A stretch of 64,000 nucleotides of DNA from Felis catus (lineage: Eukaryota): the NCBI RefSeq assembly GCF_018350175.1, contig NC_058369.1:19656001-19720000 (forward strand), in the 5' to 3' direction. The notes beneath the pieces are model-generated. The model was not told the origin of the DNA, did not search any database, and worked only from the letters and a program-made list of their open reading frames with translations. Of this stretch, positions 1 through 11,166 are shown piece after piece (the stretch's first letter is position 1; every line of letters starts with the position of its first letter). The position numbers and the translations under genes were made by a program.

Positions 1-1624
1 TCCCAGGGGAATGGTGGGAGGAGGTGAGAAACTGTCACATATAGGATAGAAGTCAACTGAACTTTCAGAGAACTTTTGATGATTGATCAGAATCTTGAAG
101 ACCTCCAGTCACAGAGCAAGTTTGCACTCACCTGCTAGTCATTTTCCACTGCGTCTTCACTTAGTTTGGGGTGGGAGTGTGCCAGAGGCTGAGAAAAGGG
201 CAGGGGGACTGTGAGGAAACCCCCAAGATTCATGGAGTCTTTACCAAGTGAATGGAAGTGATGTGCCAGTGGTTGGGAATAGGGCATGAAAGTGAGAGAG
301 ATCTCCCTGAGATAAATGAGCACTTTATTGGGAGCATAGCAGCAGCTGCTGAAAACTGGGAGAAGGCAGGTGGGTACAAAGTGATTTCCCAAGATATAAA
401 AACCAAGGTGCCTAAGAGGCTGGTAGCTTGGCTGTAAATCAGAGAGAGAGAGGCTGAATGAGATCGAGATCTTCTGTGGCATATGAAGCAGAGACATTTC
501 TTGTGGTTCAGCTGGGCTGGAAAGTCATAGACCTTAAAAATCTTGCTAGTGCTCAAATCTCTAATCTTGCTGAAGAAAAAGTTATGATTCTCTATCCAAA
601 CATTTGTGAAACAGTGGTGAGCTAAATTAAAATAGTTGAAATAAATCAAAGGTGAAATAAAGCCAGACCCAGCCTAAGTACCCAGATTGACTCAGTCTCC
701 TAGCCTAGTGGCTCCTATTATTGTCTGGCATACAATAGAAAATTGTGAGACATGCAATGAAAGAAGATAAAAATGACTCATAATCAAAAGACAAAATAGT
801 CAATAGAAGCAGCCTCATAGATGACCTAGATGTTGGCATTAACAGAGAGGGACTTTAAAGTAACTGTGATAAGTATGCTTTTCATACATGTATGAAGAAG
901 TGAAGAATTTCAGCAGGGAAGTGGAAATTGTAAAAGAATGAGCCACATAGGAATTTTAGAACCAAAAAGTTCAGGATCAGAAATGAAGAATTCATTTGAT
1001 GGGCTTAGCTGCAGGACAGGACATAGCAGTAGAAAGAATAAGGCAACTGATGGTGCCTTAGAAGTTATCCATGCTAAATTAAAGAAAAAGATGGATGATA
1101 ATAAAACTGAACAAGTTTTGAGATCTGTAGGATACAATCAAATTAACATATGGGTGCTTGGAATCCCAAGAGGAGACTAGACAGAAAATGGAATAAAAAA
1201 TAATTGAGAAAATAATGGCTGAGAATTTTCTAGTATTAATGAAAGATACCAGTGCACAGATCCAAAAAGTTCACAGAAACCCAAATAAGATTACCTAGGT
1301 AAATTACATTCAAAGAAAATCTTAGAGATAAAAGGCACCTTAGTGGAGAAACAACAGGAATAAGTAATAATGTCTCAGAGTTTATAGCATGTGTAGAGGC
1401 AAAATATGACAATAGGAACACAAATGATAGGAAAATAGAGATACTGAAGTCAGTTCTTACATTGTTTCTGAGGTATTAAAATATTACTTAGGGAAAGACT
1501 ATAGTAAATTAAGGATGCATATCATAGTCTCTAAAGTACTAAAAATACCAAATAGTGTACCTAAAAAGCCAGTAGAAGAAACAAGTGAAATTGTAAAATA
1601 TGTTCAATTAACCAGAAACAAGGG

Positions 1625-2860
1625 ACATGAAGTTACCAGTAATAACAGAGTAGGGAGGTTTAAAGATTCACCCGTCTACTGAAGCAACAATTAAGCTGGT
1701 AAAAACTGTTATTATGAACTTTTTTTGAGCTCTGGAATCTAACAAAAACTATAAAACCAGGTGAATGCTTAATGAAGAAAGAGGCTTATAAATTTTGGTA
1801 AAAGGGTATTGTGGTCCTTTTACTTACCCACCTTCTATCCCCTACATTGCCCAGCTGGTAACAGCTGTGGGAGCAACAGCCCATGTACCTGGTGTGGGTT
1901 TCTAGTGCCAGAGTGGGGCAATATGGATTTTATTCTGAAAGAATTGGGGTTGTGTACTTTGGCCTGTCTAGTAGTGCCATGAGTGATTAGCTCAAGGTCT
2001 TACATTTGTTTTGACCCCTTCAGAACTCTCTCAGGCTGGAGTAGCCTTCTTGGACAATGTTCATTTAAATCACTTAAAGGCGTATGGTACCTGCAGCCAC
2101 CTGGGGCAAAGGACAACAGATGGGACAAGCAGCAGAGACATTGAAAAGCCTAGGAAGGGATAGGGGGTGAAGGAGATGACATGGGGAAGTAATAGGCTTT
2201 ACACAGTGTTTGCCAGGGAATCAAAAGTCTATGTGTATGCCAAGGGCTAGCCACATGCTCAGAAAGACCTGAACTTGCACTTCTGGCTTATTTTTAGGCT
2301 CTCTGTATGCAGAAATGAAGGTTAGGGTAGAATTGTAAATGGCCTGGCTAAGCATTGAAGGAGTGCCCTAATTCAGGCCAGTCTGCATAGACCAGGAGAG
2401 TACTTCTCCTCACCTCCTCATTTTGGTTCCAGGTCTTTAAAAAAATCTCTGTCAGATCTCAGGCTGAGCACTAAGCTAGTGAACAGAGACTTCAGTGGTC
2501 ACATACCACAAAAAATACCCTTTTACAAAGCTAGTTTAGGAAAGTCACTAAACAAACAATTATAACCCACAACAAGCAGAAACAACAAACTCTGGGGAGT
2601 GAGAAGAATCAAAATTGTCAGTTACTACATTATAATAAAAGTGTCTAGTTTCCAAGAAAAAAGATTATGAGACATGCAAAGAAACAAAATCTGTAGCTCA
2701 TTTATAGAAAAAAAGAAATGAACAGAAACTGTGCCTGAGGATGCCTGGACACTGAACTTACTACACACGACTTTTTATCAGCTGCCTTAAATATACTCAC
2801 AGAGCTAAAGGAAATCATGGGCATAGAACTAAGAAGTCCAGGAGAATGATTATCCACAAA
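1625..2860 (+). mobile_element. Old L1 5'UTR/ORF1-start fragment (L1MC/MD-like) nested in the ancient L1
   Basis: Resembles recalled L1M 5' ends and ORF1 start (gacactgaacttactacacacgacttt); interrupts the host between ORF1 and ORF2. Confidence 0.45.
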
Positions 2861-3656
2861 AAAACGAAGAACAGAGGAACAAAGAACAAATGGGACCAAA
2901 AGCCAAGATTATAGACTTAAACCATATAAATAATTATGTTAATTTTTAAATAGACTAAATTATCCATTTAAAAGACCAACATTATCAGACTGGATAAAAA
3001 AAGCAGTACATAACAATACACTGTTAACAGGAAATATACTTTAAAGATGAAGATATAGATAATAACTAAAATAGGTTAGAAAAAGATGCTGTAAACATGC
3101 ATAAGAAAGCTGGTTTTGCTGTATTACTATAAGAGAGTAGACTTCAGGGAATACTACCAGAGACAAAGAACAGTTAATAATGATAAAAGTTTCAATTTAC
3201 TGAAGATTTAAAAATCTTAAATGTGTATATAACAATTAATAGAGGTTTAGCACACGTGAAACAACAGTTGACAGAACTAAAGGGAGAAATAGATGTATCT
3301 ATAATAATTGGAGATTTATCTTTTAGTAAGTGAGAGATGAAGCAGACAAAATGTCAGTTAGATTTTGGAAGATTTAAACTACACTACCAACCAAAACTTG
3401 ACACAATTGAAATTTTATTTTATTTTATTTTATTTTTATATATGAAATTTATTGAGAAATTGGTTTCCATACAACACCCAGTGCTCATCCCAAAAGGTGC
3501 CCTCCTCAATACCCATCACCCACCCTCTCCTCCCTCCCACCCCCCATCAACCCTCAGTTTGTTCTCAGTTTTTAACAGTCTCTTATGCTTTAGCTCTCTC
3601 CCACTCTAACCTCTTTTTTTTTTCTTCCCCTCCCCCATGGGTTCCTGTTAAGTTTC

Positions 3657-6600
3657 TCAGGATCCACATAAGAGTGAAACCATATGGTATCTGTCTTTCT
3701 CTGTATGGCTTATTTCACTTAGCATCACACTCTCCAGCTCCATCCACGTTGCTACAAAAGGCCATATTTCATTTTTTCTCATTGCCACGTAGTATTCCAT
3801 TGTGTATATAAACCACAATTTCTTTATCCATTCATCAGTTGATGGACATTTAGGCTCTTTCCATAATTTGGCTATTGTTGAGAATGCTGCTATGAACATT
3901 GGGGTCCAAGTGGCCCTATGCATCAGTACTCCTGTATCCCTTGGATAAATTCCTAGCAGTGCTATTGCTGGGTCATAGGGTAGGTCTATTTTTAATTTTC
4001 TGAGGAACCTCCACACTGCTTTCCAGAGCGGCTGCACCAATTTGCATTCCCACCAACAGTGCAAGAGGGTTCCCGTTTCTCCACATCCTCGCCAGCATCT
4101 ATAGTCTCCTGATTTGTTCATTTTGGCCACTCTGACTGGCGTGAGGGGATACCTGAGTGTGGTTTTGATTTGTATTTCCCTGATAAGGAGTGACGCTGAA
4201 CATCTTTTCATGTGCCTGTTGGCCATCCGGATGTCTTCTTTAGAGAAGTGTCTATTCATATTTTCTGCCCATTTCTTCACTGGGTTATTTGTTTTTCGGG
4301 TGTGGAGTTTGGTGAGCTCTTTATAGATTTTGGATACTAGCCCTTTGTCCGATATGTCCTTCGCGAATATCTTTTCCCATTCCGTTGGTTGCCTTTTAGT
4401 TTTGTTGGTTGTTTCCTTTGCTGTGCAGAAGCTTTTTACCTTCATAAGGTCCCAGTAATTCACTTTTGCTTTTAATTCCCTTGCCTTTGGGGATGTGTCG
4501 AGTAAGAGATTGCTACGGCTGAGGTCAGAGAGGTCTTTTCCTGCTTTCTCCTCTAAGGTTTTGATGGTTTCCTGTCTCACATTTAGGTCCTTTATCCATT
4601 TTGAGTTTATTTTTGTGAATGGTGTGAGAAAGTGGTCTAGTTTCAACCTTCTGCATGTTGCTGTCCAGTTCTCCCAGCACCATTTGTTAAAGAGGCTGTC
4701 TTTTTTCCATTGGATGTTCTTTCCTGCTTTGTCAAAGATGAGTTGGCCGTACGTTTGTGGGTCTAGTTCTGGGGTTTCTATTCTATTCCATTGGTCTATG
4801 TGTCTGTTTTTGTGCCAATACCATGCTGTCTTGATGATGACAGCTTTGTAGTAGAGGCTAAAGGCTGGGATTGTGGTGCCTCCTGCTTTGGTCTTCTTCT
4901 TCAAAATTCCTTTGGCTATTCGGGGCCTTTTGTGGTTCCATATGAATTTGAGGATTGCTTGTTCTAGTTTCGAGAAGAATGCTGGTGCAATTTTGATTGG
5001 GATTGCACTGAATGTGTAGATAGCTTTGGGTAGTATTGACATTTTGACAATATTTATTTTTCCAACCCATGAGCAGGAAATGTCTTTCCATTTCTTTAAA
5101 TCTTCTTCAATTTCCTTCATAAGCTTTCTATAGTTTTCAGCATACAGATCCTTTACATCTTTGGTTAGATTTATTCCTAGGTATTTTATGCTTCTTGGTG
5201 CAATTGTGAATGGGATCAGTTTCTTTATTTGTCTTTCTGTTGCTTCATTGTTAGTGTATAAGAATGCATCTGATTTCTGTACATTGATTTTGTATCCTGC
5301 AACTTTGCTGAATTCCTGTATCAGTTCTAGCAGACTTTTGGTGGAGTCTATCGGATTTTCCACGTATAATATCATGTCATCTGCAAAAAGCGAAAGCTTG
5401 ACTTCATCTTTGCCAATTTTGATGCCTTTGATTTCCTTTTGTTGTCTGATTGCTGTTGCTAGAACTTCCAGCACTATGTTAAACAGCAACGGTGAGAGTG
5501 GGAATCCTTGTCGTGTTCCTGATCTCAGGGAAAAAGCTCTCAGTTTTTCCCCGTTGAGGATGATGTTAGCTGTGGGCTTTTCATAAATGGCTTTTATGAT
5601 CTTTAAGTATGTTCCTTCTATCCCGACTTTCTCAAGGGTTTTTATTAAGAAAGGGTGCTGGATTTTTGTCAAAGGCCTTTTCTGCATCGATTGACAGGAT
5701 CATATGGTTCTTCTCTTTTTTTTTGTTAATGTGATGTATCACGTTGATTGATTTGCGAATGTTGAACCAGCCCTGCATCCCAGGAATGAATCCCACTTGA
5801 TCATGGTGAATAATTCTTTTTATATGCCGTTGAATTCGATTTGCTAGTATCTTATTGAGAATTTTTGCATCCATATTCATCAAGGATATTGGCCTGTAGT
5901 TCTCTTTTTTTACTGGGTCTCTGTCTGGTTTAGGAATCAAAGTAATACTGGCTTCATAGAATGAGTCTGGAAGTTTTCCTTCCCTTTCTATTTCTTGGAA
6001 TAGCTTGAGAAGGATAAGTATTATCTCTGCTTTAAACGTCTGGTAGAACTCCCCTGGGAAGCCATCTGGTCCTGGACTCTTATTTGTTGGGAGATTTTTG
6101 ATAACCGATTCAATGTCTTCGCTGGTTATGGGTCTGTTCAAGCTTTCTATTTCCTCCTGATTGAGTTTTGGAAGAGTGTGGGTGTTCAGGAATTTGTCCA
6201 TTTCTTCCAGGTTGTCCAATTTGTTGGCATGTAATTTTTCATAGTATTCCCTGATAATTGTTTGTATCTCTGAGGGATTGGTTGTAATAATTCCATTTTC
6301 ATTCATGATTTTATCTATTTGGGTCATCTCCCTTTTCTTTTTGAGAAGCCTGGCGAGAGGTTTGTCAATTTTGTTTATTTTTTCAAAAAACCAACTCTTG
6401 GTTTCGTTGATCTGCTCTACAGTTTTTTTAGATTCTATATTGTTTATTTCTGCTCTGATCTTTATTATTTCCCTTCTTCTGCTGGGTTTAGGCTGTTCTG
6501 CTTCTAGTTCCTTTAGGTGTGCTGTTAGATTTTGTATTTGGGATTTTTCTTGTTTCTTGAGATAGGCCTGGATTGCAATGTATTTTCCTCTCAGGACTGC

Positions 6601-7472
6601 CTTCGCTGCGTCCCAGAGCGTTTGGATTGTGGTATTTTCATTTTCGTTTGTTTCCATATATTTTTTAATTTCTTCTCTAATTGCCTGGTTGACCCACTCA
6701 TTCGTTAGTAGGGTGTTCTTTAACCTCCATGCTTTTGGAGGTTTTCCAGACTTTTTTCTGTGGTTGATTTCAAGCTTCATAGCATTGTGGTCTGAAAGTA
6801 TGCATGGTATAATTTCAATTCTTGTAAACTTATGAAGGGCTGTTTTGTGACCCAGTATATGATCTATCTTGGAGAATGTTCCATGTGCACTCGAGAAGAA
6901 AGTATATTCTGTTGCTTTGGGATGTAGAGTGCTAAATATATCTGTCAAGTCCATCTGATCCAATGTCTCATTCAGGGCCCTTGTTTCTTTATTGACCGTG
7001 TATCTAGATGATCTATCCATTTCTGTAAGTGGGGTGTTAAAGTCCCCTGCAATTACGACATTCTTCTCAATAAGGTTGCTTATGTTTATGAGTAATTGTT
7101 TTATATATTTGGGGGCTCCGGTATTCGGCGCATAGACATTTATAATTGTTAGCTCTTCCTGATGGATGGACCCTGTAACTATTGTATAATGTCCTTCTTC
7201 ATCTCTTGTTACAGCCTTTAATTTAAAGTCTAGTTTGTCTGATATAAGTATGGCTACTCCAGCTTTCTTTTGGCTTCCAGTCGCATGATAAATAGTTCTC
7301 CATCCCCTCACTCTCAATCTAAAGGTGTCCTCAGGTCTAAAATGAGTCTCTTGTAGACAGCAAATAGATGGGTCTTGTTTTTTATCCATTCTGATACCCT
7401 ATGTCTTTTGGTTGGCGCATTTAATCCATTTACATTCAGTGTTATTATAGAAAGATACGGGTGTAGAGTCAT
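3657..7472 (-). pseudogene. L1 ORF2p (endonuclease, reverse transcriptase, Cys-rich domain) with two 1-nt frameshifts
   Basis: Starts MTLHPYLSIITLNVNGLN at 7472. -1 in an A-run near 7378-7383 (WIKKQD) and +1 in an A-run near 5663-5667 (FDKIQH). GDFNTPL, SDHN, FADD and CWRGC..H..C motifs present; no premature stops in the joined frames. Confidence 0.93.
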
Positions 7473-7522
7473 TGTGATGTCTGTATGTTTTATGCTTGTA
7501 GTGATGTCTCTGGGACTTTGTC

Positions 7523-8416
7523 TCACAGGGTCCCCCTTAGGATCTCTTGTAGGGCTGGTTTAGTGGTGACAAATTCCTTCAGTTTTTGTTTGTTTGGGAA
7601 GACCTTTATCTCTCCTTCTATTCTAAATGACAGACTTGCTGGGTAAAGGATTCTCGGCTGCATATTTTTTCTGTCTAGCACCCTGAAAATCTCGTGCCAA
7701 TTCTTTCTGGCCTGCCAAGTTTCAAAAGAGAGATCAGTCACGAATCTTATAGGTCTCCCTTTATATGTGAGGGCACGTTTACCCCTTGCTGCTTTCAGAA
7801 TTTTCTCTTTATCCTTGTATTTTGCCAGTTTCACTATGATATGTCGTGCAGAAGATCGATTCAAGTTACGTCTGAAGGGCGTTCTCTGTGCCTCTTGGAT
7901 TTCAATGCCTTTTTCCTTCCCCAGTTCAGGGAAGTTCTCAGCTATTATTTCTTCAAGTACCCCTTCAGCACCTTTCCCTCTCTCTTCCTCCTCTGGGATA
8001 CCAATTATGCGTATATTATTTCTTTTTAGTGTATCACTTAGTTCTCTAATTTTCCCCTCATACTCCTGGATTTTTTTATCTCTCTTTTTCTCAGCTTCCT
8101 CTTTTTCCATAACTTTATCTTCTAGTTCACCTATTCTCTCCTCTGCCTCTTCAAGCCGAGCTGTGGTGGTTTCCATTTTGTTATGCATTTCGTTTAAAGC
8201 GTTTTTCAGCTCCTCGTGACTGTTCCTTAGTCCCTTGATCTCTGTAGCAAGAGATTCTCTGCTGTCCTCTATACTGTTTTCAAGCCCAGCGATTAATTTT
8301 ATGACTATTATTCTAAATTCACTTTCTGTTATATTATTTGAATCCTTTTTGATCAGCTCATTAGCTGTTGTTATTTCCTGGAGATTCTTCTGAGGGGAAT
8401 TCTTCCGCTTGGTCAT
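7523..8416 (-). CDS. L1 ORF1p (RNA-binding chaperone), intact, 297 aa from MTKRKNSPQ
   Basis: Uninterrupted ORF; ATG at 8416; coiled-coil region, RNNIRIIGIPE, ARKNW and YPASLSF motifs. Confidence 0.95.
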   Translation of the reverse strand: MTKRKNSPQKNLQEITTANELIKKDSNNITESEFRIIVIKLIAGLENSIEDSRESLATEIKGLRNSHEELKNALNEMHNKMETTTARLEEAEERIGELEDKVMEKEEAEKKRDKKIQEYEGKIRELSDTLKRNNIRIIGIPEEEERGKGAEGVLEEIIAENFPELGKEKGIEIQEAQRTPFRRNLNRSSARHIIVKLAKYKDKEKILKAARGKRALTYKGRPIRFVTDLSFETWQARKNWHEIFRVLDRKNMQPRILYPASLSFRIEGEIKVFPNKQKLKEFVTTKPALQEILRGTL

Positions 8417-9337
8417 TTTGGATAGTCCCTGGCATTGTGAGGACCTGCAGGGCACTTCCCCTGTGCTGTGGTGTATAACTGGAGTTGGTGGGCGGGGCCG
8501 CAGTCAGACCTGATGTCTGCCCCCAGCCCACCGCTGGGGCCACAGTCAGACTGGTGTGTGCCTTCTCTTCCCCTCTCCTAGGGGCGGGATTCACTGTGGG
8601 GTGGTGTGGCCCGTCTGGGCTACTTGCACACTGCCAGGCTTGTGATGCTGGGGATCTGGCGTATTAGCTGGGGTGGGTAGGCAAGGTGCACAGGGGCAGG
8701 AGGGGCAGGCTTAGCTTGCTTCTCCTTAGGTGATCCACTTCAGGAGGGGCCCTGTGGCAGCGGGAGGGAGTCAGATCCGCTGCCGGCTCCGCAGAAGCAC
8801 AGAGTTGGGTGTTTGCGCGGAGTGAGCGAGTTCCCTGGCAGGAACCGGTTCTCTTTGGGATTTTGGCTGGGGGATGGGCGGGGGAGATGGCGCTGGCGAG
8901 CGCCTTTGTTCCCCACCAAACTGAGCTCTGTTGTCAGGGGGCTCAGCAGCTCTCCCTCCCTTTGTCCTCCAGCCTTCCCGCTTTCCGAGCAGAGCTGTTA
9001 ACTTATGACCTCCCAGACGCTAAGTCGCGCTTGTTGTGGGAACACAGTCCGTCAGGCCCCTCCGCTTTTGCAAGCCAGACTCGGGGGCTCTGCTTGGCCG
9101 GCGAGCCGCCCCTCCGCCTCGGCTCCCTCCCCCCTGTCCGTGGAGCGCGCACCGCCTCGCCGCCCTTCCTACCCTCTTCCGTGGGCCTCTCGTCTGCGTT
9201 TGGCTCCGGCGACTCCGTTCTGCTAATCCTCTGGCGGTTTTCTGGGTTATTTAGGCAGGTGTAGGTGGAATCTAAGTGATCAGCAGGACGTGCGGTGAGC
9301 CCAGCGTCTTCCTAAGCCGCCATCTTGCAAACCTCCC
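8417..9337 (-). promoter_or_regulatory. L1 5'UTR internal promoter (CpG-rich) with YY1-type site
   Basis: Many retained CpGs at 8760-9320; CAAGATGGCGG on the minus strand at 9317-9327, about 10 nt from the L1 5' end. Confidence 0.8.
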
Positions 9338-9352
9338 ACAATTGAAATTTTA

Positions 9353-9571
9353 ATTTTCTTTTTTTTTTGAACGTTTATTTATTTTTGGGACAGAGAGAGA
9401 CAGAGCATGAACGGGGGAGGGGCAGAGAGAGAGGGAGACACAGAATCGGAAACAGGCTCCAGGCTCTGAGCCATCAGCCCAGAGCCTGACGCGGGGCTCG
9501 AACTCCCGGACCGCGAGATCGTGACCTGGCTGAAGTCGGACGCTTAACTGACTGCGCCACCCAGGCGCCCC
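9353..9571 (-). mobile_element. Young feline Can-SINE
   Basis: GGGGCGCCTGGGTGGCGCAGTC head with Pol III A/B boxes, (CT)n and A tail; TSD tcccacaattgaaatttta at 9334-9352 and 9572-9590. Confidence 0.96.
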
Positions 9572-9699
9572 TCCCACAATTGAAATTTTAGATGACTATA
9601 CCCAACAGAGGACACAATTTTTTTTAATGAGGGTATTTATTTATTTATTAAGTAAATAAACAGGACACAATTTTTTTAAAATGAAGGTATTTATTTTGT

Positions 9700-9860
9700 T
9701 TTGAAGTTTATTTATTTACTTCATTTTATTTTTTAAATATAATTTATTGTCAAGTTAGCTAACATACAGTGTATACAGTGTGCTCTTGGCTTCGGGAGTA
9801 GATTCCCATGATTCGTTACTTACATACAGCACCCAGTGCTCATCCCAACAAGTGCCCTCT
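9700..9860 (-). mobile_element. L1 3' tail fragment
   Basis: cacccagtgctcatcccaacaagtgccct matches the carnivore L1 3'UTR antisense; T-rich tail. Confidence 0.75.
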
Positions 9861-9920
9861 TTAAATTGCATATGTTATCACCAAGATAGACCATATGCTA
9901 ACCCAAAAAACGTATCTTAA

Positions 9921-10100
9921 AAAAATTTCTTTTTTATTTTAGAAAGCGAGTGTGAACAGGAGATAGGGAGAGAGTGAATCTTAAGCAGGCTGCACGCTGA
10001 GTGTGGATCCCAGTGCGAGGCTTGAACCCATGACCCTGGGACCATGATCTGAGCTGAAATCAAGATCAGTTGCTCAACTGACTGAGCCACCCAGGTGCCA
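9921..10100 (-). mobile_element. Older Can-SINE
   Basis: TSD ccaaaaaac(g/a)tatcttaa at 9903-9920 and 10101-10118. Confidence 0.85.
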
Positions 10101-10764
10101 CCAAAAAACATATCTTAATAAATTTTCGAGGATTGAAATAATGGAGTGTGTTCTCCAACTAGAATAAAATTAACTTAGAGATCAATGATAAGATAATCAG
10201 GAAACCCTCACATATTTGGAAATATTTCTAAATAACTCATCAGTCAATTATAAAAAAAAACCACAAAGGAAATTAGAAAATGTTTTGAATTGAATAATGA
10301 AAACATACTATCAAAATTTGTGGATGCAATAAATATTGCAATGCTAGAGGAAATTTTATAGTTTAATTTTTTTATTTACTGAAAAAAATTTTTTAATGAG
10401 CTTTTTACTTTGGAGTGATTTTGGGTTTACAGAGAAGTTGCAGAGGTGGTGCAGAGGGATCCTGTACCCCTCATGCAGTTTCTCCTGATGCCAGCCTCTA
10501 AGGTTTCCATGTTGCTTTTGTCCAAACCATGGAAACAGTATTGGTCCATTGACTGATGGAAGGCTCTTTCCCCTGGGCATTACTCTCAGGCCTATTCTAC
10601 CCAGGCCGCACCTCACACAGCAATTCTGAGCCTGCTCTGGGCTGTAAGAGTGTCTCTGTGAGACTCATTCAGGGTCTATCTGACATAAGGTGAGGTTCTG
10701 GACTTTCAGGGGGAATTGCGCAGGGGTGACTGCTCTTCTTGTCACATCATAGCGGGGAAGTTTT

Positions 10765-10875
10765 ATTTATTATTTTTTATTTTTTTTAATATGAAATTTA
10801 TTGTCAAATTGGTTTCCATACAACACCTAGTGCTCATCCCAACAGGTGCCCTCTTCAGTGTCCATCATCCACTTT
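10765..10875 (-). mobile_element. Short L1 3' tail
   Basis: Matches the 3' end of the young L1 (3440-3510); TSD catag(c/t)ggggaagtttt at 10748-10764 and 10876-10892. Confidence 0.85.
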
Positions 10876-10892
10876 CATAGTGGGGAAGTTTT

Positions 10893-11119
10893 TTTTTTTT
10901 TTTTTAATTTTTTTTTCAACGTTTATTTATTTTTGGGACAGAGAGAGACAGAGCATGAACGGGCGAGGGGCAGAGAGAGAGGGAGACACAGAATCGGAAA
11001 CAAGCTCCAGGCTCTGAGCCATCAGCCCAGAGCCCGACGCGGGGCTCGAACTCACGGACCGCGAGATCGTGACCTGGCTGAAGTCGGACGCTTAACCGAC
11101 TGCGCCACCCAGGCGCCCC
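10893..11119 (-). mobile_element. Young feline Can-SINE
   Basis: Near-identical to the other young copies; TSD catagtggggaagtttt at 10876-10892 and 11119-11135. Confidence 0.96.
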
Positions 11120-11166
11120 ATAGTGGGGAAGTTTTAAATGCTTATATTGGAAAGAAAGAAAGATTT

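Larger units (their letters stand above)
3418..9337 (-). mobile_element. Young full-length LINE-1 (feline L1 type), about 5.9 kb
   Basis: CpG-rich 5'UTR (8417-9337), ORF1, ORF2, G-rich 3'UTR, A-rich tail at about 3418-3440, and perfect TSD cacaattgaaatttta at 3402-3417 and 9337-9352. Confidence 0.97.

Noticed and set aside
4114..8219. Many + strand ORFs of 60-150 aa
   Set aside because: Antisense shadows of L1 ORF1 and ORF2.
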